Origin: a virus
Taxonomy: Duplodnaviria > Caudoviricetes
Reading direction: 5' to 3' (one strand)
Virus record (IMG/VR): IMGVR_UViG_3300046318_000318
DNA length: 64,000 nt
Shown here: piece after piece, positions 55,098-64,000 of the stretch
Numbering within the stretch: the stretch's first letter is position 1
Layout of the letters: each line of letters begins with the position of its first letter
Notes under the pieces: generated by a model
Database searches by the model: none
Seen by the model: the letters and a program-made list of their open reading frames with translations, nothing else
Told to the model about the DNA's origin: nothing
Made by a program: the position numbers and the translations under genes

Positions 55098-55109
55098 ATA
55101 AAGTATATG
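55098..55109 (-). promoter_or_regulatory. Candidate early/middle promoter motif (CATATACTTTAT)
   Basis: Identical 12-mer upstream of chmA; about 47 nt upstream of the beta'-N start. Confidence 0.45.
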
Positions 55110-55139
55110 GTATTAGTAAAATTAACAAACAGGACAAAA

Positions 55140-55171
55140 AAAGATACACCAGCCGAAGCTGGTGTATCTTT
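55140..55171 (-). terminator. Terminator of chmA
   Basis: aagatacaccagc-cgaa-gctggtgtatctt (UUCG loop on the minus strand) with a U-tract. Confidence 0.85.
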
Positions 55172-55195
55172 ATGTCAGATCCGTATCTCTACAGA

Positions 55196-57064
55196 TCAGT
55201 AGCGGTAACCACCCATGTTGATGTAGTTCTGCATATGCTGAGGAGCCATGCCGAAACCCATGAACGATTGAGTAGGTGCCAGCAGACCAGCGTTGGCGAA
55301 ACTTGCAACACCGCGTTGGTTGTTGAAGTCTGCACCAGACATTGGGCTGTTGATACGCACCATCAGGTTGCAAGCCTGAATACCCTTACGCAGAGCGTCC
55401 AGGAACGTAGCGCTGAAGGTCACTCGTTGAGCATAGCCTGTAAACACAGCGGACTCATTGGACATGCTGGAGATCATACGCTTGCGATCGGAGAGACGCT
55501 CTGCCAACGAGATGTTGGTGTTCAGGTACGTTTCGGTGAACTGACGCAATGCATGCACATTGTTGGCACCAAGGATGTTGGCAGCTGCCAAGTAGTCGAT
55601 GTCACGGATGTCACGCTGAGCACCGTTGCGATCGGTGTAGTAACCCAGATGGACACGGTTACCCACATCCACGAACATCTGTGCGTTGTTCGGGAAATAG
55701 CGACCGAAGTTGCCAGCAGTCAGTTCCTGAGCAGCTTTGTACATGATGTCGTAAGCACCACCACCGCTTGCAGCAGCTGCACTGTACAGACCAGTATACC
55801 ATGCCTGAGGACCAGCTTCTGGGCAGTCAACAGCAACCATCAGACCAGGCTGAACCAGAGTGTTCAAGAACTGACCCAAGTTCTCAGTCGTAAAACTGGA
55901 AGACTTGGTGTCGAGGATGTTGCTGATACCAGTGGGTTGATTGTCAAAGTTGCCTTCGATGTTCAACGCACCTGCATCACGCAGATCCAAATCCTTAGTC
56001 ATCTGGGGTCGGAAGATCTGGTAGTAGTTGTTGTTCAACGCCAGAGCATCCATGTTCGCCACTGCCAACAGCATGTTAGCTGGAGTGTATGCGTGAGCAC
56101 TGGACAGAGTGGTGATCACAGCACGAGCTGCAAACTTCTGTGGCAAACGCTGTTGTGCAGGCATGTAGGGGTTGACCATGGGTTCACGAGGAGCCCAGAG
56201 CATTTCTACAAAGCCGCCAACTTCACTGATGCGAGTCTCACGACCGCCGCTGTTCAGACTGCGGTTCTGATTTTGGTTCTGATTGTTCTGAGCTGCAAAG
56301 CTCAGTTGGAAGTCAGAACGAATCAAGTTACCGACATCGTCAGCCACAGGTGTCGAACCAAAGGTCATGTTGATGACCAATTGTTGACCCGTAGGGATCT
56401 GCGACAGGTTCAGATCCTGGAACGTAGGAACCAGTTGAGACAACTCAGTACCGTTAGCCAAGCCAGCGTTCAGTGCCAGCTTATACACAGCAGCTTTGTC
56501 CTTCGTATTGAAAGTAGCTGGTACGACAGTGGCGTCGGTGAACCGCAGTTCGTGCTGAGGAAACGCACGACCAACAGCCGCCTTGGCTTTTGCAATCAAG
56601 ATGTCGTCGAGAGCATCGCCCGCTACCCGATACAACTCGATTTGCTTTTGGTGGTGGTACTGCACCACAGGAGTGGGTTTGTCACCAGTTGCTTCGAGGA
56701 TCAGCACATGGAATGCTACCTTGTTAGGTACATCCTTCAGACGCATCGCCACGACCAGGCAAGAGAATGCCAGAGCCGTTTCGTTCTGGTTGTCCAGATC
56801 CAGAATGCTGATCAGACTGTCAGAACTTGCGTTCTTGTAGATCTCAATAAGTGCGGTCTTGAGGTCGTTGTAAGCCTCAGACCCAATTGAGCGACCGATA
56901 GGGGCACCGAAGATGTTACCGCCGGAACCGAAGTTCCAAGAAGATTTCACAGGTGCTTGTTGGGTAGCAGTAGCTGCTTGACCAGGAGAACCGGCTTGGG
57001 TGAAAGCGGTTGCTTCAGCAGAGGTTGCAGAAGCGGAAGAGTTGTTACCAGTATTGAGAGCCAT
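55196..57064 (-). CDS. chmA: Chimallin, major phage nuclear shell protein (phiKZ gp54-like)
   Basis: 622 aa; RSLNSGG, GFVEMLW.P, RAVITTL, D.R..GALNIE, RVHLGYY.D..G..RDIRDIDYLA, GYAQRVTF; upstream of beta'-N; strong codon bias. Confidence 0.93.
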   Translation of the reverse strand: MALNTGNNSSASATSAEATAFTQAGSPGQAATATQQAPVKSSWNFGSGGNIFGAPIGRSIGSEAYNDLKTALIEIYKNASSDSLISILDLDNQNETALAFSCLVVAMRLKDVPNKVAFHVLILEATGDKPTPVVQYHHQKQIELYRVAGDALDDILIAKAKAAVGRAFPQHELRFTDATVVPATFNTKDKAAVYKLALNAGLANGTELSQLVPTFQDLNLSQIPTGQQLVINMTFGSTPVADDVGNLIRSDFQLSFAAQNNQNQNQNRSLNSGGRETRISEVGGFVEMLWAPREPMVNPYMPAQQRLPQKFAARAVITTLSSAHAYTPANMLLAVANMDALALNNNYYQIFRPQMTKDLDLRDAGALNIEGNFDNQPTGISNILDTKSSSFTTENLGQFLNTLVQPGLMVAVDCPEAGPQAWYTGLYSAAAASGGGAYDIMYKAAQELTAGNFGRYFPNNAQMFVDVGNRVHLGYYTDRNGAQRDIRDIDYLAAANILGANNVHALRQFTETYLNTNISLAERLSDRKRMISSMSNESAVFTGYAQRVTFSATFLDALRKGIQACNLMVRINSPMSGADFNNQRGVASFANAGLLAPTQSFMGFGMAPQHMQNYINMGGYRY

Positions 57065-57171
57065 GATTTTCCTTGAGTTATGGAAGGTTAAAATTGATTG
57101 TGCACAATCAGCCTTTAGAGCTAAAGACTAAGCAGAACTACTCGTTAAAACTAATTATCGACTAGGGCCAA

Positions 57172-57183
57172 ATAAAGTATATG
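57172..57183 (-). promoter_or_regulatory. Candidate promoter motif (CATATACTTTAT) upstream of chmA
   Basis: Exact repeat of 55098-55109; about 108 nt upstream of the chmA start. Confidence 0.45.
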
Positions 57184-57364
57184 AACCCTGGTTTTTTTAG
57201 AAACGGGATTTTTGCGGCCAAGAGTTTACTCAGAGGTTACCCTCTAAGTTGCACGGACGTTCAGTTCCATACTATAAGTATACTGTCTGTAAAAAATGTA
57301 CCTAACTTTTATCTTAAGTCTAATCACTATAGCAATCTTATGAATTATTTTTAAAGCCAGAACC

Positions 57365-58444
57365 ATGTACGAGCTTTTCACAAAACGTTTCGAAGAAAAT
57401 AACGATATCATACGTCCTGGTCAAATAGACCTCATCAAGAGAAACTATCAGAAACAGATCACTAAAATTGAAAACTATTACAGAGCATCTGGCTTTAGTG
57501 TAAGAAGCAAACATTTGTTCTGTAGGATCATCACGACAGCTTTATCTGGCATGTCTTTAGATATATACAGATTCAATCAGCTGAATGATCTAAGGGCCAA
57601 TAACTACGCTAGGTATTTTGAACTGACCTCAGAAGTAAGCTTTGGTAAATTCAGAAAAGACTTTCTATATAGAGGGTTGACTGGTTTGCTATCTATATCC
57701 GAATATTTCGACGTAGCTGAGGCTTATAGAGACTGGGAAAACTTAAGACCTGTGGAGGTACTTACACACAACGTAAGCAACACAAGGTTTTTACTACCTG
57801 ACAATCCAAACTACAACAGTGAAGAAGGCATCAACTACGTCAAGATAGACATACCTAAGTTATTGTTGATGTACAGAGCTTTCTATGAGAAACAGGTAAG
57901 TGCCAGAGGAGATGTTGACGGTGGTATGGTCCCCGTGGCTCAGTTTGTCATGAGGTATGTATTACCTAACATGATGAGATCTCATTTAGAGCTGGTTTTG
58001 TTTAACAGATTTAACAATTTGTTAACTGGTGAGCCTATGGGTGAGACTTATAAGAACCACCCTTTTCCTGTTCTGGATCAAGATAAGTCTTTAGATAATG
58101 TTCTCTATGAGCTGGTCAAACATGTTCAAAGAAAACCTATGCACTATTATAGTGTATTGAAGCTGATACCTTCTGTCTACTCAGAAGACTTTCAACAGTT
58201 TGGTCTGATGCCTGATTTAGCACCTACCAAACAAGTCTGGTGGTATCTGCTTATGTCTAAGAGAAGAGTTATGGAAATGTTAATGACACAGAACCCTGAG
58301 AGGGGTGAGAGGTTAAACAATTTCTATATACAGGATCTTAAAGTAGATCTGCAAAGATTGAACAGAGACAACAGTCTGAATTTCATGAAACAAGATGATT
58401 TGTTCATGGATGATATACTGTTTGCTAATGAACATTCTAAATAA
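57365..58444 (+). CDS. Conserved virion-associated protein (phiKZ gp52-like)
   Basis: 359 aa; V.S.H.F.RII, FV..YVLPNMMRSHL; divergent from chmA. Confidence 0.7.
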   Translation: MYELFTKRFEENNDIIRPGQIDLIKRNYQKQITKIENYYRASGFSVRSKHLFCRIITTALSGMSLDIYRFNQLNDLRANNYARYFELTSEVSFGKFRKDFLYRGLTGLLSISEYFDVAEAYRDWENLRPVEVLTHNVSNTRFLLPDNPNYNSEEGINYVKIDIPKLLLMYRAFYEKQVSARGDVDGGMVPVAQFVMRYVLPNMMRSHLELVLFNRFNNLLTGEPMGETYKNHPFPVLDQDKSLDNVLYELVKHVQRKPMHYYSVLKLIPSVYSEDFQQFGLMPDLAPTKQVWWYLLMSKRRVMEMLMTQNPERGERLNNFYIQDLKVDLQRLNRDNSLNFMKQDDLFMDDILFANEHSK

Positions 58445-58452
58445 GGAACCTT

Positions 58453-59262
58453 ATGTCTATACTGACTAAAGCTTTAGATGAGATAAAGTACAGGATACCT
58501 ATACAGGTACTGATGGAAGCTTTTAAACCTAATCATACCACATGGAGACCCACAGCTCCCGTGAGTATGGATTCTGAAATATTAAATAAAGTCATTAAGC
58601 CTAGAGTGGTGGTCGATACCAACATCGTAGGCGGTCAGACTGCTTTGATATCTTTAGATGGTTTAACTCCTGAGTATATAGATAGGTATAGCATGCTGTA
58701 CCATATACCACCAGAGAGATTGAACAACAGAGCTATTATGTCTGTGTTATCTGTAGGCTTAGCTCCTTATGGAGTAGGTAACAACGGATTTCCTTCTGTA
58801 GCCAGTAACTGTTCCAGTGATCTGGTGGGTGTTGGGGCCAGAGTGGGTAACTCTTTCTCATCTGTACCTATGATGTCAAATGCCACTGCTGAATTGGTAG
58901 AAAGATCTACCGTAGTGGTCAGAGACAGCGCACATCCTAATTACTATTATGTATTAAGATGTGTGGTGGCTAATGAAGCTAACATGGAAAATATAAACCC
59001 CAGATCTTGGCACGTTTTTGCTAAGCTTTGTGAATTGGCTGTAAAGTCTTATATCTACAACACCATGTTGATAAAGATGGATCAGGCTTTTCTGTCTGGC
59101 GGTCAAGAGTTAGGCGCTTTTAAGAATTACGTAGAGGGCCTGTCTGATAGTGAAGAGATGTATCAGACTCAGTTACGTGAAGTATGGCAAGCAGTTAACT
59201 TTATGAATTCTGCTTCTGATTACAGCAGGTTTATTAGATTACAGGTAAGTCCTGGGATTTAA
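58453..59262 (+). CDS. Conserved virion structural protein (gp51-like by synteny)
   Basis: 269 aa; KALDEIKYRIP, LAVKSYIYN, GQELG.FK.YVE.LSDSEEMY. Confidence 0.7.
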   Translation: MSILTKALDEIKYRIPIQVLMEAFKPNHTTWRPTAPVSMDSEILNKVIKPRVVVDTNIVGGQTALISLDGLTPEYIDRYSMLYHIPPERLNNRAIMSVLSVGLAPYGVGNNGFPSVASNCSSDLVGVGARVGNSFSSVPMMSNATAELVERSTVVVRDSAHPNYYYVLRCVVANEANMENINPRSWHVFAKLCELAVKSYIYNTMLIKMDQAFLSGGQELGAFKNYVEGLSDSEEMYQTQLREVWQAVNFMNSASDYSRFIRLQVSPGI

Positions 59263-59272
59263 AGTAAAAAAA

Positions 59273-59314
59273 AAAATAACACCCCTAGTCCTTACAGGCT
59301 GGGGGTGTTATTTT
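59273..59314. terminator. Bidirectional terminator
   Basis: aaaataacacccctagtc-cttacag-gctgggggtgttatttt. Confidence 0.75.
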
Positions 59315-59519
59315 ACCACTCAAATCCAACATGCCAATACACGTTGCATATTTTCTCACCAGCTTTCTGATCAGAAACCCCATACAAAAGTATGGGCACG
59401 CCACTCAAATTGAGGTTCTTCCCACATGAGAACCCGGACGAGAAGTCCGTTGTGGTGGAAAGGGAAATTTTTCCTTCCGTCACATGTTTGCAACTCCGGC
59501 AAGGTAGTCCGTCGCTCAT
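59313..59519 (-). CDS. Small Cys-rich hypothetical protein (68 aa)
   Basis: AAGGAG RBS 6 nt before ATG 59519; CRSC...C...C; bounded by hairpins on both sides. Confidence 0.55.
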   Translation of the reverse strand: MSDGLPCRSCKHVTEGKISLSTTTDFSSGFSCGKNLNLSGVPILLYGVSDQKAGEKICNVYWHVGFEW

Positions 59520-59618
59520 AACCATCTCCTTAGCCATCAAGTATTACAGAAGTGTAACTTAAACTGATAACGATAGTCAAGTTAAGTATATATGACTGAA
59601 TTTATTTATAAGCCGAAA

Positions 59619-59653
59619 AAGACACTACCCAGCTCTAAGCTGGGTAGTGTCTT
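59619..59653. terminator. Terminator of the DNA polymerase gene
   Basis: aagacactacccagc-tctaa-gctgggtagtgtctt. Confidence 0.8.
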
Positions 59654-59658
59654 AAATC

Positions 59659-61782
59659 TCAATACCCTTGAGCAGTCAATGTCATGTCATGTTTACCATA
59701 GAAACCTAAGCTTCCAAGTATCAGTCTATAAGCACTTGTTAAATCTAAAACGATGCGTTCTGCATCCAACACCATCAAAGCTTCTTTAGGTATACCTCTA
59801 CCCAACACATAATCCATCGGTATGTAAAGAGTAGGAAGATCTACTTTGTTTCGTTCAGCCATCCACTTTATCAGGTTGGTTTTAAACTCTACGTTGTCGA
59901 TCTTATCTAGCCAAGCTTTATAACCGGTCACGTTAGCTACTGTGGTGGGTACTTTCAACACGCTGTATGGTGGTGGTGGTACTTCTCCATAGGTAGGTTC
60001 AAAGACAGATCTCCAGAACTTATACCACTTATAGTTAGACTTATCCTCATCTTCACTATAACTCTCTTTAACTTTGATCTTACTTCTCTTATAATAGATA
60101 GGTTCGCCAGAGTTTAGAGATTTGATAATCTGTTTCTCGAAATCAGCCACATGTTTGATAAGCTCAGTCATCTTGATCTTCTTACCAGCATAGACATCAA
60201 GAAGGACTTTCTCCATCATTTCAGTAGCATCTTTGATAACCTCTACAGGAGAAGCTGAGTTTTTAAGGTGCACGCCTTTGATTTCAAAGTCTGGTTTCTT
60301 ATATACGTTACCTTCTTGGATAGTTTTAAACGTAAAATAGTGTTTAGACACAGGCGTCTGTGCAAACACAGGAAACACAAACTCTGGTTTCATAGCTATC
60401 TGAAAGAGTTTCTTCTCAGACACACCCATGTTGGCAGAAAACACAGCCAAAGTATGCGCTACACACTGAGTAGCTAAGAAAACCACAGCACCCGCTACTG
60501 CAAAAGCCTCATCATGAAAACACAAACCATTGAAGTACCAAGTTACATAATCATCCACACTAAACATAGTAGAGTCTGTGTCACTTAACACCACAGCTCT
60601 TCTAACCATGTTAGGTATAAACGCTGTACTTACAGGTACGTTATCCGTCAAGAATAGATTTTGAATAAAATCAAGATACTCACCTACAACTCTGTCTATA
60701 TTCTCACAGGTAGCCGCCAGTGTGTTTACAGACTCGGGTGAGAGTTCATGATACTTTTTACCAAAACCTTTAAGTTCTGATTGACAGATTTGATGTGCGT
60801 AGTTAACAAAGCTTTCATCAAAGCAGTGTATGGTTTTGATAGGGTCTTCAAAGGTTTTGTCTTTGATCTTTCTGGAAATCTTCTCCAGAAACTTCCAAAC
60901 AAACTGAGGATTGTGTTTTCTGATGTGATAGAGATCGCTGATATAAACAACAGCTGCTCTTTCATACCCATCCAAAGTCTTAACAAACTGTTCTATAGAG
61001 GCTTTACCCCTTCCGTCTAACCAGTAAAGATTAGACGAATAAGCAATGCATTCCATAGTCTCTTCTGCCGAAGGTATATGAAGCTGATACTTATCCAGAG
61101 TTTGTTTAAAAGACTCTGTCACACTCATGGATAAAGTAATTACGTTGTTAAGAGTGGTCTGTATGTCTTTATAATGACGACTGCCAGCCACGATCTTTTC
61201 ATTTAACGCATTACCCAATGAACTCTCTGTCCTTACAGTACTGGTTAAAGTACTGTGAGCTGTTGGGTTATAAAAAGGAGAACCTTTAGATCCAAAGGCT
61301 CCTGACATGGAGTTGTTATACCCTTTCTTGTTGTTCTGTTCGTTCTCTTTGATAGCGTAGAGAATCATGTCTCCGTTGGTCCTAGCTACAAAGGATTCTT
61401 TCTTAGCTTTAGAACGAACAACAACGTTGTCATCTACAAAGTCTACTAGCAAAGATGGTTGCTCTTTGGCAGATAGATAGGTTGTGAATGTAGGAGCTAT
61501 GATGCGCTCTGTCTTCGTAATGAAGTTGATATACTGATACAGACCTGTTTTAGTCACATACCTATCACCATTGTCACCACGCTCATAGTGTGTAACCGTC
61601 GGGTTTTTGACACCAGGTATAGATCCATCAAAAAGTTTAACCTTCAACTGTTCTCTATAATAGTCAACAGGTTTACCCTTCTGTTTATGAAGAAAGTAAG
61701 CTGTCTGATCTATGTAATGCTTGATAGGATCCAGATCTCTCTTGTATTCAGAAGCCGGACGAAGAAACGGATTGTTAGCCAT
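59659..61782 (-). CDS. Split family-B DNA polymerase, catalytic half (phiKZ gp50-like)
   Basis: Motif B QNNKKGYNNSMSGAF, motif C LSDTDSTMF, SKHY, IKGVHLKNS. Confidence 0.92.
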   Translation of the reverse strand: MANNPFLRPASEYKRDLDPIKHYIDQTAYFLHKQKGKPVDYYREQLKVKLFDGSIPGVKNPTVTHYERGDNGDRYVTKTGLYQYINFITKTERIIAPTFTTYLSAKEQPSLLVDFVDDNVVVRSKAKKESFVARTNGDMILYAIKENEQNNKKGYNNSMSGAFGSKGSPFYNPTAHSTLTSTVRTESSLGNALNEKIVAGSRHYKDIQTTLNNVITLSMSVTESFKQTLDKYQLHIPSAEETMECIAYSSNLYWLDGRGKASIEQFVKTLDGYERAAVVYISDLYHIRKHNPQFVWKFLEKISRKIKDKTFEDPIKTIHCFDESFVNYAHQICQSELKGFGKKYHELSPESVNTLAATCENIDRVVGEYLDFIQNLFLTDNVPVSTAFIPNMVRRAVVLSDTDSTMFSVDDYVTWYFNGLCFHDEAFAVAGAVVFLATQCVAHTLAVFSANMGVSEKKLFQIAMKPEFVFPVFAQTPVSKHYFTFKTIQEGNVYKKPDFEIKGVHLKNSASPVEVIKDATEMMEKVLLDVYAGKKIKMTELIKHVADFEKQIIKSLNSGEPIYYKRSKIKVKESYSEDEDKSNYKWYKFWRSVFEPTYGEVPPPPYSVLKVPTTVANVTGYKAWLDKIDNVEFKTNLIKWMAERNKVDLPTLYIPMDYVLGRGIPKEALMVLDAERIVLDLTSAYRLILGSLGFYGKHDMTLTAQGY

Positions 61783-61832
61783 GTTACATTCCTTTAACTA
61801 TATTATCCATCGGCTGAATAAAAAAGAACAAT

Positions 61833-61866
61833 CATAACACACAGCCACATTAGGCTGTGTGTTATG
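61833..61866. terminator. Terminator hairpin
   Basis: cataacacacagcc-acatta-ggctgtgtgttatg after the 61874 stop. Confidence 0.75.
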
Positions 61867-61873
61867 TGTTCAG

Positions 61874-62599
61874 TTAACGCTGAGCCATCAACAACTGCTT
61901 AACTGTAGGCATGTGTTTGAATATGTCCTTAACCACAAATGGCCAGTTGAGTTTGTAAGATTTGATTCTTGCCCAGTTGGTCATGCAGTTTGCGTTTATC
62001 AGCTTACCAATTTGCAAATTCACTGATGGTTCAGTAAGTTCTTTATCGCTAAAGAGATCACATAAAAACTGTATCTTATCTATATCTTTGTTATATAGAT
62101 ACATATGCCCTGCATCCCATAGAACCATGGCGATAACCAGATCAGAAGACTTAGGTTTGGTTTTCTTCTGGACCAAGCTCAGAAGATTCTCAATAAACAC
62201 GTCTTTGTCAAGTGATTGAGCTGTATGGGTGATGTGATCGCAGGCGGTATGTTTTTTGATAATTTCCCTGGCTTTGACTTTACCCACACTTTTAAAAAGC
62301 GCAGCAGCCACAGCTAATCTTTTCTCTTTTAAAGAAAGATTGCTATAGCAACAACCTTCAAACACATTCAGCGCATAGATTCTGTCTCTGATATATTGCG
62401 GGTGGTGGCACTCCGTCCACAAGCAATATATATCTGCGTGTGCTCTACCAAACAATTCTAAACCCAATTCTATTAAAAGACGTTCCATGAGATTGTGATC
62501 TTCAGCAGTTCTATATTGCTCCATCAAAACATCATAGTTAAATGTCTCTTTCTTTTTCGGTTCTTGTCTTGTCATGTTTCTTAGTTTTATACGAGTCAT
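61874..62599 (-). CDS. Hypothetical protein, possibly a degenerate HD-domain fold
   Basis: 241 aa; HH...AAALFKSVGK...LWDAG in HD-like spacing, lacking the HD dyad. Confidence 0.5.
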   Translation of the reverse strand: MTRIKLRNMTRQEPKKKETFNYDVLMEQYRTAEDHNLMERLLIELGLELFGRAHADIYCLWTECHHPQYIRDRIYALNVFEGCCYSNLSLKEKRLAVAAALFKSVGKVKAREIIKKHTACDHITHTAQSLDKDVFIENLLSLVQKKTKPKSSDLVIAMVLWDAGHMYLYNKDIDKIQFLCDLFSDKELTEPSVNLQIGKLINANCMTNWARIKSYKLNWPFVVKDIFKHMPTVKQLLMAQR

Positions 62600-62632
62600 T
62601 GTTGCACCATTTTATCACCCTGAATATGTTTT

Positions 62633-62884
62633 TTATTCCGGAGAAGAAAGAAAATTGATAGCTGATATAAGTCCTTTTGCCCTAAACAGTTCTGAGAACC
62701 CAACAGCTTTAGCTTTAGAGTAAAAAGAAAGTGCCAACATTGTTTCACTTATTTCAGATGCAGATTCCCATTTTAAAGTCTTAAACTCAGGGTGGTCAAT
62801 CATTTCTTTTTTAGAAGCGTAGACTTTATAAACCTTCACAGGTTCTGGAACATCTGGCATTTTCATTAAATCGTTAAGAGTCAT
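62633..62884 (-). CDS. Hypothetical protein
   Basis: 83 aa; coupled to the upstream ORF. Confidence 0.65.
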   Translation of the reverse strand: MTLNDLMKMPDVPEPVKVYKVYASKKEMIDHPEFKTLKWESASEISETMLALSFYSKAKAVGFSELFRAKGLISAINFLSSPE

Positions 62885-62885
62885 T

Positions 62886-63077
62886 TTATTCTTTAGGTTT
62901 AAATAAAGCCGGTATTCGTTCTTTTATACGAATACCTAATTTATCCATGGCTGTAGCCATCTCAACCAACTCTTTCTCTCGCCTAGCTGCTTTTAACTCA
63001 AGCTCAGCTATTCTATCATTTTGAGTTTTTATACTCTCGATTATGGTCAATATCTGAGAACTTTGTATGTTTGACAT
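62886..63077 (-). CDS. Small coiled-coil hypothetical protein
   Basis: 63 aa; heptad pattern. Confidence 0.65.
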   Translation of the reverse strand: MSNIQSSQILTIIESIKTQNDRIAELELKAARREKELVEMATAMDKLGIRIKERIPALFKPKE

Positions 63078-63140
63078 TATAGAGCCTTGGATTGCTTGTT
63101 ACCAACTGATTTCCAGAAAAGCCTGAGAATGCCGACAAAA

Positions 63141-63174
63141 AAAAAACAGAGAAGCCGAAGCCTCTCTGTTTTTT
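63141..63174. terminator. Terminator hairpin
   Basis: A-run + acagagaagc-cgaa-gcctctctgt + T-run; UUCG loop on the minus strand. Confidence 0.7.
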
Positions 63175-63358
63175 CACAACTTTGCTGCCGACTGAACTAT
63201 CAGAACGTTTAATTGAAAACTGTCGGCTAGTTATTCAATTTGAGATTAATTCAATCGACTTACAACGCACAATCTTTTTACGACCTTGGTCGGATGTGAC
63301 TTATCAAGGTATGTTCCAAGTGGGGATTGTCGTGTTGGCTTCATAAACTAAAACTCGT

Positions 63359-63682
63359 TCAGTGTTCCACAGTATTAGGCAACTGTGGTGTTATGAGAAA
63401 GTTGAAGGGATCCATGAGCTTCATCATATCTGCTTGGAAATCCAGAAGTTCGTCGATCATACGGCATTGGAAGCTTGTGGCGTCCTTAGGTGTTCTCATA
63501 CCACCGTTAATCACATCGTTAGCCATGTTAATGGTGTCTGAGATGTATTTAGATAGATCGACTGGATCTAGATTGTTTGCTATTTGATAGATTTGAAGGT
63601 TTCTCAATGTGGATCGAATAAAGATTTCTATGTACCTTTTATTCAGTTTGGTGAGACTATCTTGGTGTCTAGCTTTGGACAT
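63359..63682 (-). CDS. Hypothetical protein
   Basis: 107 aa ORF with phage-like composition. Confidence 0.7.
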   Translation of the reverse strand: MSKARHQDSLTKLNKRYIEIFIRSTLRNLQIYQIANNLDPVDLSKYISDTINMANDVINGGMRTPKDATSFQCRMIDELLDFQADMMKLMDPFNFLITPQLPNTVEH

Positions 63683-63722
63683 GTCTGTGATAGGGATTAG
63701 TTAATGTTGCTACCACTCTATG

Positions 63723-63998
63723 TCAGAAACCTTTGGTTGGGTAAAGGTTCCTTAAAATTGCATCGGCAAAAGCAGAGCCTTTTGTACTGGTCCCAGTCAT
63801 CCCCCCCGATTGCGAATCAAAATTGTTAGACAGAGAATAATCCACAATCATGCCAGCACCTACGATGGCAGATTTCATAGTCTCATACTGAGTGCGCTTA
63901 GCCAACAAAGTCGACAACGCATTGAAATTAATTACGGTAGCTTGTTCGATCTGGGGTGTAGCCTCTGTCTCAAACCAAGCATCAAGATCTTTATTCAA
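63723..63998 (-). CDS. Hypothetical protein (may start beyond the window)
   Basis: 91 aa ORF at the window edge. Confidence 0.6.
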   Translation of the reverse strand: MNKDLDAWFETEATPQIEQATVINFNALSTLLAKRTQYETMKSAIVGAGMIVDYSLSNNFDSQSGGMTGTSTKGSAFADAILRNLYPTKGF

Positions 63999-64000
63999 AC

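Noticed and set aside
55037-56890. 617-aa plus-strand ORF antisense to chmA
   Set aside because: Shadow frame expected from chimallin's strong codon bias; no recognisable motifs or RBS
63180-63330. Structured ncRNA in the intergenic gap
   Set aside because: Only a 6-bp GCCGAC/GTCGGC stem and no promoter evidence
1-64000. tRNA, rRNA, PhuZ tubulin, major capsid and terminase genes
   Set aside because: No cloverleaf or corresponding motifs noticed by eye; run tRNAscan-SE/ARAGORN to confirm

Overview
This 64-kb window is from a nucleus-forming jumbo phage (phiKZ-like, Chimalliviridae), in near-canonical phiKZ gene order. Positions 1-23.8 kb hold virion genes: baseplate-type genes, an array of gp93-family head/ejection paralogs carrying A/S-x-E prohead-protease motifs, and a HExxH protein with a hydrophobic segment. 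These are followed by both halves of the split family-B DNA polymerase (23.9-25.6 kb and 59.7-61.8 kb), a virion RNAP beta'-C subunit and an SF2 helicase. The window also carries four of the five non-virion RNAP subunits (beta'-N, beta-C, beta'-C, gp68-like), ChmC, PicA, an SbcD nuclease and chimallin. The main structure the ORF track misses is three group I introns in nvRNAP genes. One interrupts the beta subunit at HGG|KGV. Two bracket a 21-nt micro-exon encoding PNADFDG, most of the catalytic NADFDGD motif of beta'-N. The beta intron looks like a mosaic of the other two. Other candidates are a -1 frameshift at a T7 run, a papain-like enzyme in the head cluster, an SSB-like tail on ChmC, a small RNA and a shared upstream motif. 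phiKZ gp numbers are assigned from recalled motifs, size and synteny, not from database searches. Intron junctions were deduced by eye. No tRNA, rRNA or CRISPR array was seen.
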